IMG/VR virus record: IMGVR_UViG_3300010384_000001
Strand: one strand, 5' to 3'
DNA length: 64,000 bases
DNA from: a virus
Part shown: one piece after another, positions 62,684 through 64,000 of the stretch
Layout: the number at the start of each line of letters is the position of its first letter
Position numbering within the stretch: the stretch's first letter is position 1
Notes under the pieces: generated by a model
Database searches by the model: none
What the model saw: only the letters and a program-made list of their open reading frames with translations
What the model was told of the DNA's origin: nothing
Made by a program: the position numbers and the translations under genes

Positions 62684-62893
62684 ATGAACATGCGAAAGAA
62701 ACGGCTCAACTACTATTGGCCAAATGGAAAGCGTCGTTACCGTCATTACGGATCGTTTACTGTTACTTACATAGAAACTTATCCGCCCCAAACCGGTCTG
62801 GCTATTACAGAGTTCTTTAAGAAATGGCTTGAGTCTACGCGCATTACGGGGAATGAACCAACAGACCACACCCTACCTCTTTGTGCCTCTTAA
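62684..62893 (+). CDS. Small basic protein
   Basis: The ORF opens at TTG 62660. ATG 62684 gives MNMRKKRLNYYWPNGKRRYRHYG..., mirroring the previous small ORF. Confidence 0.5.
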   Translation: MNMRKKRLNYYWPNGKRRYRHYGSFTVTYIETYPPQTGLAITEFFKKWLESTRITGNEPTDHTLPLCAS

Positions 62894-62941
62894 TTAAGTT
62901 CGACATCAGTATGGATGTCCTTCTCAACTAGGGGTGATAAA

Positions 62942-63280
62942 ATGAAAAGTTACCAACGCGCTTTATTATCTGCGACATTACTTGCGTTAGCTGCCCAAGG
63001 TACAGTAAACGCTGGTGCAAAGAAAAAGAAAGAAACACACGAGCCAGACAAGAAGCCAGTTAACCGCGATTGGCTCTGTGATACTGGTAAGAAGAACGTT
63101 GGTAAGATTACCTGCGCTACATGCCACCACCCTTTCGTGGGTTTAAAGAGACGCAAGCATTGCGCTCACTGTAATCCTAAAGTGGTGCAAAAGCGTTTAG
63201 CGGATGATGAAATTCGTTATAACAATCCGGAACCTCGCCCTGAAGCAGAGGCTCCTAGAGACCGTGAGACATGGCGATGA
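62942..63280 (+). CDS. Secreted small protein with CxxC...CxxC motif
   Basis: ATG 62942 follows AGGGGTGATAAA. The signal-peptide-like N-terminus is LLSATLLALAAQGTVNA. The Cys motif is CATCHHPFVGLKRRKHCAHC. Confidence 0.6.
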   Translation: MKSYQRALLSATLLALAAQGTVNAGAKKKKETHEPDKKPVNRDWLCDTGKKNVGKITCATCHHPFVGLKRRKHCAHCNPKVVQKRLADDEIRYNNPEPRPEAEAPRDRETWR

Positions 63281-63513
63281 GTAATTCAATAATGAATCCA
63301 GACTTGTTAATCCCTGCTGTAAGCCAACACTGCTGTGAAATCTGCCAGCAGGGTCCAAGACAAGGCATCGCCATTTATCGCACTGGCGGTAAAGGTCAAG
63401 GCGTCAATCCACGTTGGCGTTGTAGTCTCCACAATAACCAAGAATCTCAGGTCGCTGATGATGTTGCAACAGTCGTTGCGATTATTGAAAGCGTTGATCA
63501 AACTCAACAGTAA
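63271..63513 (+). CDS. Small Cys-rich protein
   Basis: 80 aa, overlapping the previous gene by 10 nt. HCCEIC...RWRCSLH is a possible zinc-binding motif. Confidence 0.55.
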   Translation: MAMSNSIMNPDLLIPAVSQHCCEICQQGPRQGIAIYRTGGKGQGVNPRWRCSLHNNQESQVADDVATVVAIIESVDQTQQ

Positions 63514-63534
63514 CACCACACAAAGGAAGAATAG

Positions 63535-64000
63535 ATGTACGCAAACTTCGTAATTCAACACGCAGCTTTCGATTTCCACAAAACCGCTACAGCTTTCATC
63601 GAGTATCACGTCGATCCGCTGTACAGTAAAGAAGCTCTGACGACGAATCGCCAACTGCGTAGCTACATGAAAGAGCGTTCGTTTGGCGCCAAGCATAGTG
63701 TGAACTATGATCTGGTTGTTGAGGTGAAGGAAGGCAAGGTGCAGCGTCTGTGCGAATCTGCCACGATCGTTGTTGAAGGTGAAGACGTTATCGACATCGC
63801 CATCGATAAAGAACTGCAGCATGACGGCATCCAGGATGCTTACGAACAAGTTGAATCGGCAGTCGTCATTGAGTCGCTCCAGACGGCTTTTACTCGTCAC
63901 AACGAATTGGTTCCGAACGGTGATCATAAATCCGCTCTGTCTTCACTGCTGCCGCTGTTGCGTGTGATTAGCACGAAAGCTGTCAAGTGCTATGCCACTA
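63535..64000 (+). CDS. Hypothetical protein, N-terminal fragment (3' end outside window)
   Basis: ATG 63535 is preceded by AAAGGAAG. I translated the frame by hand to the window edge and found no stop (MYANFVIQHAAFDFHKTATAF...). It is missing from the ORF track because it has no stop codon. Confidence 0.65.
   Translation, partial: MYANFVIQHAAFDFHKTATAFIEYHVDPLYSKEALTTNRQLRSYMKERSFGAKHSVNYDLVVEVKEGKVQRLCESATIVVEGEDVIDIAIDKELQHDGIQDAYEQVESAVVIESLQTAFTRHNELVPNGDHKSALSSLLPLLRVISTKAVKCYAT

Noticed and set aside
63307-63927. 206-aa minus-strand ORF at the window end.
   Set aside because: The plus strand has an SD-preceded ATG (63535) and an open frame with good codon usage to the window edge. The minus ORF also overlaps the plus gene 63271-63513.
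1-64000. A search for tRNA, rRNA, integrase/att sites, transposases and CRISPR arrays.
   Set aside because: No T-loop or cloverleaf-like sequences, rRNA-like stretches or recombinase signatures were seen. The only mobile element I could support is the intron/HEG in thyA.

Overview
This window reads as one contiguous piece of a jumbo tailed-phage genome. There are no rRNA or tRNA genes, no CRISPR array and no host-like housekeeping genes. Genes are tightly packed, often with ATGA/TAATG overlaps, and many are followed by strong stem-loop terminators.

Three blocks can be distinguished.

(1) 1-11.9 kb, replication and transcription. It holds an SF2 helicase C-terminus, a macrodomain protein, a fragment homologous to the C-terminal part of bacterial RNA polymerase beta-prime, an N-terminal/exonuclease fragment of a family-B DNA polymerase, and an HEXXH protease-like protein. 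The beta-prime fragment is the hallmark of phiKZ-like phages that encode a split multisubunit RNAP.

(2) 11.9-46.7 kb, a virion module with strongly biased, 'highly expressed' codon usage. It holds large structural proteins, three tandem paralogous putative internal-head proteins (one with a ~375-residue hyper-acidic tract), a baseplate-like gene run, and two 'small adaptor + giant fibre' cassettes. It also holds a bizarre N/Y/P/G 11-mer repeat protein, a C92-type permuted papain-like amidase, a 907-aa enzyme-like protein and a duplicated beta-helix spike.

(3) 46.7-64 kb, an AT-richer auxiliary/early-type block. It holds thymidylate kinase and a thymidylate synthase split by a td-like group I intron that carries a GIY-YIG homing endonuclease. 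It also holds an array of small membrane proteins, an RNR beta-subunit homologue with two metal ligands replaced by Arg/Lys, a lipoprotein, an NAD+ salvage pair (NMNAT-Nudix plus NAMPT), an SPFH/prohibitin protein and several small Cys-rich or duplicated ORFs.

Most structural proteins cannot be given a function from sequence alone, and they are labelled accordingly.
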